The notes beneath the pieces were generated by a model. That model was given only the letters and a program-made list of their open reading frames with translations, had not been told where the DNA came from and made no database searches. Positions 1-12,923 of a stretch of DNA of 64,000 nucleotides are shown here, piece after piece; positions within the stretch are counted from its first letter, which is position 1, and each line of letters opens with the position of its first letter. The stretch is from Takakia lepidozioides (taxonomy: Eukaryota > Plantae > Bryophyta), in assembly GCA_030704615.1 (NCBI GenBank), contig CM060731.1, forward strand, positions 50,964,001-51,028,000. The letters are read 5' to 3'. A program made the position numbers and the translations under genes.

Positions 1-1053
1 CAGATATAATATCAGGACAAGTGTCAAGGCCGGAATCATTTATTAGACATTTTCGGTATGATCAAACGGCTGGACAACTCTGACAGCACATCCTAGTGTA
101 TATTGTAGGTGGATCCCACCACTGTCGTTAGCGAGCTTGTCATACTGTAACGGTTATTTTCCAGAAGAGAATATAAGGGATGACCTCCGTCTAGATGCTT
201 TTGATGAAACAGTGAGCTACGCGTGCTCTTACTGTGCTCATACTACACACATACTTACTGCGTTAATCGAGTGCGGATACTGAGAAGGACGAAAGACAAG
301 CACCACACAAGCGCCATCAAATGTTCTTGGATTGATTTAGGTAAGTATGGAACTGTTAATCTCCAGACAAAGTTCTACGATTGGCGGGAGATTCCTGCTT
401 CCAAATATTATGGACCAGATCGTCCGCAAACTGGGTTGAAATGGGAACGAAATCAAAAGAGGAAGTAGGGGACAGGGGCAACACCTTGGTCATAGACCGA
501 AACAAACAATTCCCCACATGCAGCCTCCGCAGTAAGCTAGAAGATGCAACCTCGGATACGTGCACATGGCTCATACTATTTCCACGGATTTGAACCAAGG
601 AGACCCACACCTTGGTTTTGAAATTTATCTCACGAAAGCTTGGCACATCGCAAGCAACAACCGATCCTCACACTCAACAGGTTGTGGACACCAAGGTCGG
701 ATCGCCACGAAGTTTGTTGTTTGCAACCAAAACCGTAATCGGAAGATCATCGCCTCTAGCTTCCAGCGTAACCACAAAACACACAACCCCTTTGCATACA
801 CCACCGATGGGTGGGTGACCGATTCATAGGTAGGAGAGTTACATCTGTACACCTTCCCTAGGTCTCCCTGCAGGCTGTGGAATATCACGGGACCATCACG
901 GGACCATCACATGCAAGGGTATCAGTCCCAGCATCCCCAAGGAGTTGAATTGACACAGATTGAATTGGTACAGTTTATTGTCAAATTAGATGATTGTGGT
1001 AGTTTTTGGAGCCTGCTAATCTGTAGCGTAATTGTCCCCATGAAAGAGCGAAG

Positions 1054-2366
1054 ATGGCAGAGCTGTTTATGTCAAGGACCTCCTTTTCATAGCCACCAAG
1101 ACAGGGAATCAACAACAAGTTGTGTGATGATGTGAGGATAATATGTAAGGCCAAGAAACTCAATCAGGCTCTGCACATTTTGAACCAAGGAGTCATTTCA
1201 GCAGACTCCAATACTTAGGTCTGTCTCTTGCTGGAGTCCATAAAAACTGGAGACATAGCAGTGGGAAAGCAGGTATATGCCCACATGGTCTACAGTCAAT
1301 ACAAGCCAAACATCTTTCTTCTCAAAACCCTTGTCCATATGTATTCAAGTGTGGGCCAAGTGAAGGTCCATGCCAATGTCATCAAAGCCGGAATTGCACG
1401 ACTGCCCGTGTTCACATGTATGCAAATGGTGGGAGCAGGCAGGATGCACATGGAGTGTTCGACAAAATCACTAAAATGGGATGTGGTCTCATGGTTGCAG
1501 GATTGCAAGGATACTCTCAGCATAGGTGTGGCAGGGAGGCTTTTGAGATCCATGACCAAATGATGCGGGAAGGCTTGGGACCCAACAAGGTCACATTCAT
1601 TTGCATTCCAAATGCATATGCCAGCCTAGGAAGGGAAAACATGCTCAAAGCTGGAATCGGCTCCCATATAAAAGTTGCAGAATACCCTTCTCGACATGGA
1701 TGCGCATCAAGTTTTCTTCAATATATGGCTACAATGTACGGGTGAGGTAGCCTCCGTTTTGTTTGGATCGTGTGGTTTGCGGTATCTCACGGGGCGGAAC
1801 ATGTAGCCATGACACTTTTGGTCATTTATTGCATTATGGATGTGAGTGCAACCTCGGCTTCGAGCCAAGAGACTCTGTTAAGTTTGTGTCAGAGAGAATG
1901 GAGGAAAGTTGTAATATAAGGAGTGAGACTGCCGGATAATAGTGGCTTTGGAAGGCTTTGGAAGGCGGCTATGTTGCATTGCGGTAGTGGGGAGAGAATC
2001 CTAGATTGTGGTATTGGGGTCCGTACTGTCGGTTTGGGTGGGAAGGGGATGAGAGATGGGGGGAGGGACACTGAGACAGGATAGTGATCGGAATTGCATA
2101 GGTTTAAGGTCTCATAGAGTGATGTGGTCTCATAGAGTGCAATGATGGCAGGATATGCTCAGCATGAGGCTTTGGAGATGTATGAGCAAATGCAGCAGAA
2201 CGGGATGATGCCGCACTGGGTCACATTTCTTTGCACTCTTACAGTGTGTGCCAGCCTTGGAGCCCTCGAAAAGGGTAAACGGGTCCATGTTGATGTTATT
2301 AGAGCCGGAATTGCCCCAGACATTATTCTGGAGAATGCTTGCAGACAAGTATGCCGAATTTTGTAG
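1054..2366 (+). pseudogene. Fragmented PLS-class PPR pseudogene, paralog of the gene at 12924
   Basis: 1121-1345 aligns by eye to 13031-13265 (GATGTGAGG...GCAGACTCCAATACTTA) but has an in-frame TAG at ~1216. PPR motif pieces (YKPNIFLLKTLVHMY, DAHGVFDKI, GPNKVTFICI, MMAGYAQH..EALEMYEQM, CASLGALEKGKRVHVDVIRAGIAPD) lie in different frames. Unrelated sequence at ~1705-2107 interrupts it. Confidence 0.85.
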
Positions 2367-3213
2367 AAAAACGTCTTTAAAGTAGTTCAACAGGAGAAGG
2401 AATTCTCAGCCAACCCCTGCAACACATTGATGTTGCCAGCTATTACCTGAGCACAAGGCCCCCAAATTGCACCCCATAACTTGTCTTTCACGGGCCAGTA
2501 GAATGATGATCGCCAGCGTATGTTTGACCCTCAGAGAACTTCAAGTCATAGGTAACCTGATCATATCATATTATGTTACATGACTTTCTCAATGCTCCAT
2601 CTCCATCCATGACTTCTCTGGTTTGCGCAACTCATCTTTTTACGAGAGATGGCACCTTTGCCTTGGAGTGGGGCAATGTGGTGGAGTAGTCCTTTCAATC
2701 ACACACTTCTGAAAAACCATTTACAGATTGCCATTGCTTCATTGTAAGCAGTAAGGCAGACTTCTGTTTCCTGAAAGAGGTAAAAGCATCCACCAAACAA
2801 ATTGAGTCACTGCTTAACATGTACCTTCAGCCTTCGGCATCTTGAGGGTGCTCAAACAATGTTTGACTGATCCAAGCTAAAACATCTGCTGATCTTTAAA
2901 GCCAATAGTATGCTCGGTTCAGCACACCACTGGCGAAGGCAGGAATTTTTATCTGGCATTAAGCTGATTTAGGCTGCACTAAATTGTTCATCCTGTGCCT
3001 ATCCTGAACCGAGTCAATGACAAGCCGTCAATGACAACTTCAATCCTGACAGTGCTTACAGTCCTGTCCAGCTACTACACCTTCGTAGATAACATTTTGC
3101 AGTTTCTCTACAGAAAAGGCACTGAGCTACCGAGAAAGCTTACAGTTGAGTTGCAGCCTTGGGTACGCTTTCCCTTATCCCATCGACTGTTGAACACTCC
3201 CAGATAGCCATGG

Positions 3214-6200
3214 CTAGCGGAAGGCAGCTTCAACATCCACCAAAATAGGGTTGAGACGAAGTTGCTCTGCAAAATTTTCAAAGAGGGTTTTGGCCAATAC
3301 TTGGAACTCAGATTTTGCCACTTCACCGCTCTTATCAGTGTCAATGGCCTTGAACACCTGGTCATACAGCTGCTCCGTTTCAGAATCTCCGACAGGAGGT
3401 AGCCCCCACAGGGTACCTTGGTTCTCGAATAAGGGCCGAATCTCAGATTTATCCAAACAATCATCTCTGTTAATATCCAACTCTTTGAACATAGTTTCTG
3501 TCATCTCCAAAAAACCCTTTTCATCAGCCAGCACCTGCAGCTCACATCAGTAAAGAAATTATTCAGAAGGATGAAAGTGTATGATAGCATGATTACTATG
3601 ATTGTTAGCATCCTACAGGTCTTTGCAGTCTTGTCTTATCTTCAACTTGAGAAGAGTGTGGCAAGTTGGTTTCTTGGCCACGCTTGATTGATTGTAGTGG
3701 ACGTCGTCCTCAGGGTGCCACTACTGTGATTAGATTTTAACACGGGTACTTCTCAGTCTGGTTGCATTTGGCAAGGATAGTCTTCTTGCTGGTCTTGACA
3801 GCCCAGAAGGCCGAATATCTGTGCACCCTGTTGATATGTACATGTTATGCCCTTGCAGTTGGGTATACTGGCTATGGTAACTTTCAACAGACCAGGTGGT
3901 TTTGAACAAATACAGCCCCCACACAAAGTGCTTGAAGACCAGAGCTTTACCTCAATATCCTTCCTTGCTTTCTATATGTAAAGTTAACTGTAGCTTCATT
4001 TCACTTGCCAATTATTTTCTTAAGAAAAAAGCTTCCAACAGGTAGGTAGCTCAATGGTGGAGGCACATTTATCATTATGGTGGGACTTTCCTCTTTACTT
4101 ATCCATGTAGAGTTGCGAAACAAGAGTAAGTAATGGTTGGCTAATATAGTTCATGAGCTACAAAACGTTTCCTACCAACTCCACCTCTGATTGCCACTGA
4201 AGGTGGCAAGGGCAGGGCAAAGAAATGACTACAGAGACCAAGGGAATACCTTGCGCAAATGGGATCCATTGAGTATTCTGCCATCCCGGACAACACTGAT
4301 GGGCTTTTCTGCAAGTGAGTCTGCCATGTCCTGCAGTACGTCCTGCAGTAGGCTTGCAAACTGTGCTTGGCCCAGCTCCTCACTCCCCTCCGTGCCATAC
4401 TTATTCAGCAACTTTGTCAGCAACTCATCAGCATCAGGTGTTGCTGCACCCATGATATCCCACCACCCAACTTAGTTATGCTCTGATATGGACAAACCTC
4501 AAATTTGCCTGTCTGACTACAGGTGTCCCTCTTGCTGTGGACGCAATAGAGTTTCTTTCTTCTTTCTATACTGTCTGGACATGATAAGAGATTGTTTCCT
4601 CCTGTGCTCGAACGGTCACTTCCTGGTTTGCAACTAGACACAATAGAAGCTCCACATTGGGGATGGAACAACATCAGCCTTGAGAAGAGCATGGAATATC
4701 TGTACTGGAAATGTTATTCCACTGCCAGGGAAATGTTCTGCAAGTAAACTTCCAGGGACATGTACATGTTAAGCCACTACAGACTCTCTCAGGCACTTCA
4801 AGGTCTTTTAATGAGGATTCTGGTGTTGTTGTTGGGTATTTTATGTATTGGTGTCCACTGTTTGGGCTTCCTTTGGATGTAAAAGACTTCATTTCTATTC
4901 TTTGGCTGAAAGTTGGCAAACTTCTGCAATAATTCCCTTCACAGGAAGGGAGGTATCTGCGACACACTAAGATAGCATAATTGGATTGAAAACTGAAGTT
5001 ATAAATGGTACTGTTACAAAGATGTGAGCCTTCATGTAGGGATTGCAAGCACCAGTAGAAGACTGGAAACCTCACATCTGCCCGAGAGAGAGAGAGAGAG
5101 AGAGAGACCTGCAGCAGGGGGCACACCCTGTTCAACACCGAGCTGCAAGATGGCAGGTCGAAGCTCATTACGGCTGAGCTTCCCACTCTCATCTGTGTCC
5201 AGTTCTGTGAACAAATTTTCGGCAAGCATAGCAAAATCATCCTCGTCATCCAGTAAGGTCTTTAGAACCGACCCATCCAGCACATTCACCAACACTGGCT
5301 CATCTGCTCCAATAAACAAAGAGACATTCAGTACCATAATGGACATAACTATGGTTCACAAGATTGACACATTCTTAGGCATAGCTGGATGCTTGGGCTT
5401 CCTCTTTAGAACCCCTTAGAAATCATGGCGCAGAATCTTCACCTTTCACTCTCAGGTTACACTCATCCTAGTTAGTGGTTTGCACCCAGCCGCCCAAGTT
5501 AACTGTGGTTAAACACAGAGTCACAAAAGTGGCCTGCTTACATCAAGGAAATCTTATTTTTTTCAGGGCTGGTTAGTAGATTTCTGATCACCAGAGTCCA
5601 ATTTCTGAACTGATTAAGTGTCTGCAAACTTAAAGTAGTGTGCTAGAAGAATTGCACATTCGACACATCGTCTGCGAAAGGTAGATTTGAAATGATCTGG
5701 TGCAATAACCGTGATTGCCCTGAACACAAAGAGTCACCTGATAAATGTCCGTAATTCAATTTATGGATTTCATTCCAAGGACGGGAAATCCATTGCTGGT
5801 CGTAACCTATCCCTACAGTGTTGGCCTACAAATGTGGACCATGAACCGATCGCGGTTAGTAATCGGTACGAAAGTGGCATGCGCACAGCGGCTTCGAGCA
5901 ACAATTTCAGTCTAGAATTAACCAAAACGAAACAGCCCCAGCAAATTGACATGATTGACAAACCTTCAAGAGCATCCGCGATAGCTAATAAGTAATTTTT
6001 CAGGGTGGACTCAAATCCATCCTTGTTAACCTTGGCTAATTCTTCGGCCGGGATTTTAGTGAAAGCCTGGTCCAGCACCTGCGAAGAAATCCTCGCCCCC
6101 AGAAGCAATGCGGCCGCCTCTGCTTCCGCAGCCCCCCGCAACTCTGCTGACGTCAGGTATCCCTTCGATCCTCCATCATTCTGCTCAAACCTTGCCAAAG

Positions 6201-6276
6201 CCTTTGCCTTCACATCGGGCAAGGCCTTTCGTATTTGGGAACCATCCAAAACATGCAAGCCCCCTTCCACCGCCAT
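3214..6276 (-). CDS. Calcium-binding EF-hand family protein, ~340 aa; exons complement(3214..3534,4250..4443,5109..5303,5964..6276)
   Basis: GT-AG junctions keep frame (1023 nt total). EF-hand loops DTDESGKLSRNEL, DINRDDCLDKSEI and DTDKSGEVAKSEF. Repeated VLDGSxI/L and GxPP motifs typical of this plant family. Confidence 0.9.
5084..5107. repeat. (GA)n microsatellite at the 5' end of intron 2 of the EF-hand gene
   Basis: gagagagagagagagagagagaga run next to the GT donor. Confidence 0.9.
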
Positions 6277-8659
6277 CACTGACTAAACCTCCTCGATCAA
6301 ATCCAACCCAAATGCTTCTCTTCCCCAATCTCTCCCTCTCAGTGACTTCTCAATGCAGTATCGGCTCTCCTCCGTGCAGGCTCTTCAATTAGTCAATGCA
6401 ATGCAATCTACCCTCCCCTGTACCCTCTCAACAATCCAAATGCGTCCTCTTCTCTTCTCTCCGCCAGATCTGTGCTCTAGTGCGCTGCAATCGCTGCAAC
6501 AGCGAGAGATTTAGAGGTTGATCGGATCACTGGATTACTTGGCAGCATCGCTCAACGGCAACAACACCCTGCACCAGTCTTGCCTGCTCCTCACTCAGAT
6601 TCTCTTGGGTTCGAACCCTGGGTTGAGATTACGCGGCATTTGCCACGCGTCTGGACTTGATTGGGGGTACAGAAGCATCATAGGTCTACTACATGAACGG
6701 ATGAATACGTCGACGTAGAACGATGAAAGCTGCCTGCAACGGACGGAATAAGGTGACTATGGATGAATGTTACATCAAACCTGCCTCGGTTGGATGAATG
6801 TGCAAGCGAATGGATAGATTCATGTATGAAGGAGTATCGTAGTCATGGTGGATGTATGTTGTAAGCGGCGGATGGACAGTGGACGGATGCGACTAGTGAC
6901 TCCTGAATAGCAAAATTCAAATGAGCCAGAGCAGACGATGGATGATAGCGTCTGCGTGGATGTGGACCGGTGGACGAATATTTGAACAGTAGGCATATTT
7001 GGATGAATCCGTGGGAGCGTTACTCGGGTGTGCTGTGTAGCTCGGTTCCTTGAAACCCTAGCAGAGATGGAGGTCGAGGGGATCCTTCTTGCCAAGATCG
7101 TAGCCCCGACGAGCACACACGGAGTAACAATGCAAGGACTGCAATCTTACTGAAAGAGCAGAAACGTGTGAGAAATCCAAGCAATGGAGCTCATTGAGCC
7201 AAAATGCTTGGCATGCAGAGTATGAGTATCTGTTGGGGGAGATCCGTGCAGACAAGACCAAGCATCCACAAGCCAAATCATTCTCAGCTTGCATCAGGTT
7301 CTGACTAAAGAAGAAATCATAACTTGGGGAGTGGAAAGCACTTGACAAGACGCGTCGTTCACCTGTAGCATCTATAGTTTGTGTCATTAGTGAAATAGTC
7401 CGCAAGTCTTTCCCCACAAAGAAGAATGGGTATGGGGATCACAAGTTCCAGACAGTCTGAAGTAACCTCCACTCTCAGAGACGACCTCAAGACTAAGCTC
7501 CTCCTATGTTCTCCGCCGGCCCCCAAGAAGTGATGTAGATGATGGTCAGGTCTGTGTCTGGTATCATACAAGGATCGAGCTCTTGATGCCCAGAGAGCAG
7601 CAGTCTAGTGGGTACAACCTTCCAAGCAGAGATGGTACAAGGACCAAACGACCGCAGGAACGAAGCGCTAAAATCACGGCTGTCTAGTCATCAAGAGCTT
7701 GACCGCTGTAACAAGCCAGTAATCTCCTCGCTGCATATCTGTGATCCAAAGAGATGCTGTTAGATGGGTCGACTCGCAAGCACAGAACGCAGATCTGATC
7801 ATTCTGGAGCAGAGAAACGAACATGAGAATGCAAAGACATTCTCGTGTGCGCAGAGAACCCCACAAAGCTTCAAGCAAGAGAAGAAGACAATGAGAGAGA
7901 GAGGGAGGGTGTGCAGGCTTATAAAGGATAAGTCCTCGGTGGATGAGATCTACTGTGGATGTTTGACGGAGCAACCACACTAACCCACTTCGGTAATTTC
8001 TCACTTGACCAACCAACTCGATCCCCTTGACTACTTCCGACAAGGAAATACATTGAGAAAGAGGAGGGGAGACATGGAGAGAGAGAGGGCATGAGGAAAC
8101 ATTGAAGGTCCGAGACGCCCATTGGGTCAAACAAACATGTAATACAACTGGAAGTGATAAGTTATTAGATGGGTGCCGGGTAGCCTACTCCCGGCAGGAT
8201 CTTCGTAAGTTACTTAGCACGAAAGGATGGGGCGAATTTGGTTCCCTGTCTGTATAACCCCTTACTGGTGGTTGTGTACGAGGTCGACAGCTACAGCTGC
8301 AATTGGCTTTGTTGGAAAGCAGACTTTGAAGCCCGCTTGAAAAAGGTACAGACATGTAAAGCTTTCGTTTAATTTTTTGGGCCTATGTTCATGATCCATC
8401 TTGTCCTTCACCTATCGGAGCAGAACGACACCCACCTTAGTAGAAGAATTCCACTTAGTAATTAAAAAGGAGCGTAATCGATAGCCTTGTCCTTCCTCCA
8501 TCAGCTCCTCGAAGCCTAAAAGAAGCCGAAGGCTTCATGCACTAACAGACAACATACAAACAACCAATTATAACATGTGCGCTCTGCCGAAATATCTTAA
8601 TGTTCTCATATATATCTCTTCCTGCACTCACTTAATGGAGAGAGAGAGAGAGAGAGGGA

Positions 8660-10325
8660 CGTTATTTGCCGTAGCCTTGTGGCGGAACGGACTCCACCTT
8701 TTTGAGGCTCACTCCAGTAGTGGGACTGACCGTGGTGTGGTATAAGCAATTGGTTCGGGGCTTTCCAGATTTCCTCTAGAAAGTCCTTCTCACAAACATC
8801 AATCTGCTGTTGTGGTCTGCCCAGCAGTTAAACCCCAACAGGTCCAGGGCTTTAGGCTCAGCCTGGACAATGCATCAAAAAATGGATATTATGTTCAGGC
8901 TGCCCGCACATCGGGGAATGACAGTCTCCTTTCCTCCTTGCATCTGTTTATTGTTCAAAAGTAGGCTCCCCAACCCGAGTTTAAATTTCAGTCTAGTGCC
9001 GAGAACAGAGCATGCTCATAAGACTTTGTTTGCCGTAGCCTTGTGGCCATAGACCCCGCCCCAGTTTGGACGGAAACATAGGGAATAGGCATTACCTTTG
9101 TGAGGGGCTCAGTCTAGTGCTGTGAACAGAGTGAGAGAATGTACTCGGAATTGCTTGCCATAGCCCAGTTTGGACTGAAACATAGGGGATAGGTGCTACC
9201 TTTGTGAGGGGCTCACTCCAGTAGTATGACTTACCTCTTTATAAACAATCAGTGCAGACTTTCCAGATATCCTCTAGGAAGCCCTTCACAAGCAATCTGC
9301 TGTGTGTGAGCAGCCCAAAAGTGAGAACAGAGAGAGAGAGAAGAAGGCTTTCATGCAAGTGGCCCTAGTCCATGCATACTGCATACCCTGTTTTTGGGGA
9401 TTTGCCCACCAGCTATGCATGAATGCAGGTAGCACTGACATAACTTGAAGGGAACTTTTGGCCAATTTCCAATATCTCGCACTCCGCAACAGAGACATAG
9501 ACAATTGGAAGCTGGCGGTGTTCTCATGCTGTTGCAGTTCTTCGCATGGAGGTGAAGCAAGAAGTAAACAATGGCTGGGGGAGGAGTTCTTCTCAGATCC
9601 TTCACAGTGGTGGGACAACGAGTTCGACAAGGTAAGCCCTATCTTTATTCAGAATGTATTTTTTGGTCAAGGAGACTTGAGGCTAAAGCTGCCACAACAA
9701 TATAGAGTAGACTGGTTTATTTCTGCAGTTGCTTAGCTCCAATGGTTGTCTTCAGTGTCAAAAAGCAGCAAAAACAGTTGTCACTGTTGTGATAAGTAGG
9801 TTCCCTTTGAGAGATGCCAGGAGATTTAGTGGTTGTGCTTGGTCTCTGCAAGGCTGTGGTTGAGGCTATTACTGCTCATCTGGCCACTGGCAGTTTTCCA
9901 CAGAGAAGTCCAAGATCACCAGACGTACACCATAAATGCACAAGCCAGGTCCTTCACATGAAGGGCTGGTCAAATGTTGATGTACACACTGGACCTCAAG
10001 GCCAAAATTATGACAGGTGATGTTCAGTGCCATAATCTCCGGTGTAGGATCTCTCTTATATCCAGCACTACAGTTTGCGAGAGCAAAGAAATGGGTGGAA
10101 TTTGCCGACCAGTACCTTGCCCGTGGGTGAGCCTCCTAGCGAGTCCACTCACGAAGACTCAGAGGCAGAGGCAAGACTCTTGTCTGCCCAGAAAATTGAA
10201 GTCAATACTCACTTCTGAAATGGTTTTAACAGTTTCTCATGTTTCTGTGAATGAGAGAGAATGTACTCATAAGACGTTGTTTGCCGTAGCCTTGTGGCCA
10301 TTGACCCCACGCCCAGTTTGAGCGG
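8660..10325 (-). pseudogene. Locally multiplied exon-like modules of an unknown gene family (degenerate)
   Basis: TTGCCGTAGCCTTGTGGC at 8666, 9030 and 10281, partial at ~9155. A second module (CTTTCCAGAT..CCTCTAG..AATCTGCTG) occurs at ~8760-8808 and ~9258-9302 with AG/GT-like ends on the minus strand. The reverse complement recurs at 39760-39925. Confidence 0.5.
9538..9975 (+). pseudogene. Two-exon fragment of a PDF motif (OSB-type organellar ssDNA-binding repeat), degenerate
   Basis: Exon 9538..9631 (EEFFSDPSQWWDNEFDK|GT) splices in phase 0 to 9904.. (RSPRSPDVHHKCTSQVLHMKGWSN), matching the FFxxPxxWWDNR..K..P..PDFKHK.T..ALW consensus with several substitutions. Confidence 0.65.
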
Positions 10326-12349
10326 AACACAATGAGAGAGAGATAGGGAGAGAGAGAGAGAGGGGGCTTGTCTTGTCTTGTCTTTGACTAGAAAGGATCT
10401 GTCTATTGCAGACTAGATTAAAAATTTATCAGCCTTCAAGGAAGGCACCACTACATTTCCTCTTGATCCAGACTCAGCATTGACTCCATATCCATAGAGG
10501 TTCGATTGGGTTGGGTGGTGGTGTACCTGTATATCATCACATACAGCTTTCCCTCCCATCATGATTTGCCACAATGGTAGGCAGAATGCTTCATAGTTTT
10601 CATGACTTGCTTCACTGCACCATGATAGATCTGTGTAATGCAGATTGCTGCTATGTCAACTAGCATTCTATTGTAAAATGTTTTCAAACAACGCCTCTAC
10701 CAAATCGTTGTGAACTTAACACACATATGGTTTGCAGGAAACATGAGCATAGAGCTCGGAGCTCAGAGCTTGGACAGCTTAGGTTCTGGAAATGAGCTCA
10801 TGATAAGATAATGTACTTCATAGTGATATATAGTGACTAAACACTATGTCACTAACCTAGCAAATTGGAAAAACCTGAAAGTACAGATTAGGACAATCCG
10901 CTGTCCTCTCATAGGCAGTGGTACTATATCACTGGTTGCTCACTGCAAGTAGGCAGCTTTCTCGTATCTGCAAAATAACTCCATATCCAGCTTCGTGATT
11001 TCACGCTAGAACTCCAAATTTCATAGAAGAGTGGCCCCCACCTGCACCAGTGGCAAAACACACATCACAAGCATATGATGTGGTGTATTGAAAGTGAATG
11101 GCAGGCCCTCTTGCATGCTATAGCTTTCCAAAATGAACCAATAAGTATGATGTCCGATAGTAGAGTGCAAACCCCGCTTGGGCAAAATGTACAAACATGA
11201 AAGGGACTAAGAAGGAGTAGATCACTTAGCCCAAAAACCCACCTGAAGTGTCTGTGTAGGAAGGGCTGTGAAATTTTCAACTTGGGTGAAGCGAACATCA
11301 CTGGTACCTCAGGAAGGTAGCACCTAGAAGACACCTAAAAGTCTCTTCTTGCGAGAAGATGTGACAGTAGCCATTGTTCTGCTATTTCTGATAATCCAAA
11401 TTAGACTGTCCATCAACTTATTTCGCTTTTAAGTGAAAGATAGAGAAAGATGTGTGCTGTATTAGAGAGAGAGAGAAAAAGAGGTTCACTGGGGAAGCCC
11501 TTGGATTCTGGCGATTTATGTAGCTGAAGCAGCAGATCCAAATCATCAAGGTCGGGTCATATCTTCCAAGAAGTACCCTCTTTTGGTGAGAGGCCATTGT
11601 GTGTGTGGTGGGGCGAGTAGTTCAAGAGGATATGCATAACTCTTTCCCTCACCTCTTCCCCTCATTCAGGAAGAAAAGATAGATGGGGTTGGAACAGTGG
11701 GCTGGGCTGGGGTGTGATATTAACCCATACATATTTGTGTGACTTCGATTGTCTGGTCATGTATATGAACAATGACTCCTGTTTGAAAGTTTTTTTTTCG
11801 AAAGACCAGTTCTCTTGGGTTGAAGGAGGAAACTAAACTTCCTTGCACTGCCATTACTGAGTTCTTTAGGCCCCTCTTACCATCTTAGTCTTCAGTTGCC
11901 ACAGATGATTATAGCCCTTGAGTTCACAAATCCCAGTTTCCATGGTCTTAGCACATTGTCATTGATTCTTCTTCAAGGGCTGAAGTTTGATACTTGGTCC
12001 TCACTAAGCCGAAGGACAAAAAAAGATGCGATTTGATTCCTGACATGGAGAGGTGTTGAAGATTTTGAATGAGACGCTTGAGACAAACCAATAAATACAT
12101 GATGATAGTCATCACCTGAGATAAGAATAGTCCCCTTCCCCTAACAGGTGGAGAACCTCTCAATATCCATATGTATTTCTTCTACCTGGTCTAGCTGCTA
12201 TAGTGTCTCTATACATTATCTCCTTTCATCCTTACAGTTGGCTACTGCATGTAAGTTGAAAGTTGTAAGCACTCTCTCAAGCTCTCACCCTCCGTCATAC
12301 TATTGATTCAACAAGAGGTGAAGGCGAAGGTGGAAGGGAGCAAAGCAAG

Positions 12350-12445
12350 CTATTTATCAGCTACTTTCAAAAGCTCAATGTCAAACAACAAGGTTTTATC
12401 AATCAAGCCTTGATTGCGCAAAACAAAGTCGAGAGCTCGTTGCCC
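12350..12445 (-). CDS. FKBP19: Terminal exon of a thylakoid FKBP19-like peptidyl-prolyl isomerase; upstream exons not recognised in the window
   Basis: AG acceptor then GQRALDFVLRNQGLIDKTLLFDIELLKVADK*, nearly identical to the C-terminus I recall for plant FKBP19. Confidence 0.7.
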   Translation of the reverse strand, partial: GQRALDFVLRNQGLIDKTLLFDIELLKVADK

Positions 12446-12923
12446 CTGTACCAACCCCTCATGTCTCAATGTTAGTTGCCACCATCTACATAGTGATGAG
12501 CAGGTGATATTGCACCTTGACTGCAACTTAGAGAATATACAGTCATAACTACTGGGTTGCTTCTGAATTCTCAATTGAATTATCTATGTAGAAATTAGAC
12601 TGCCCTTCTCGTTCATAAAGAAAGTTGGCCAGCGACGAGGAAGAGACTAAGGCTATATGTTTCATACAAACATATAAGCAGCACTTAATTATGACTGAAC
12701 CAACAGAGAGGAGGAAGACCCTGCCGAAGCAGGCAGTGTCACTCCACCCCAAAGGGCTATTGCCTTCCATTCATCCAACAATTTGACCTGTGTTTTAGTC
12801 TTGATGGCCAGTCATGGATGGAGAACTGATGTGAAGTAAAAAAACTGTCCTCATATGGTATCTAGAAGAGATATATTATGTCAGTCTACAGGTTTGTCAC
12901 TGATAATTTTGGAGTCATGCAGG

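Noticed and set aside
1-900. Overlapping short ORFs, possibly a decayed coding sequence
   Set aside because: No recognisable motif or consistent frame.
1705-2107. Insert in the PPR pseudogene, possibly a LINE endonuclease fragment
   Set aside because: Only a faint resemblance and no TSD found, so not called.
7000-8137. Possible solo LTR (TG start at 8137 on the minus strand, TATA-like site at ~7920)
   Set aside because: No second terminus, TSD, PBS or partner LTR could be identified.
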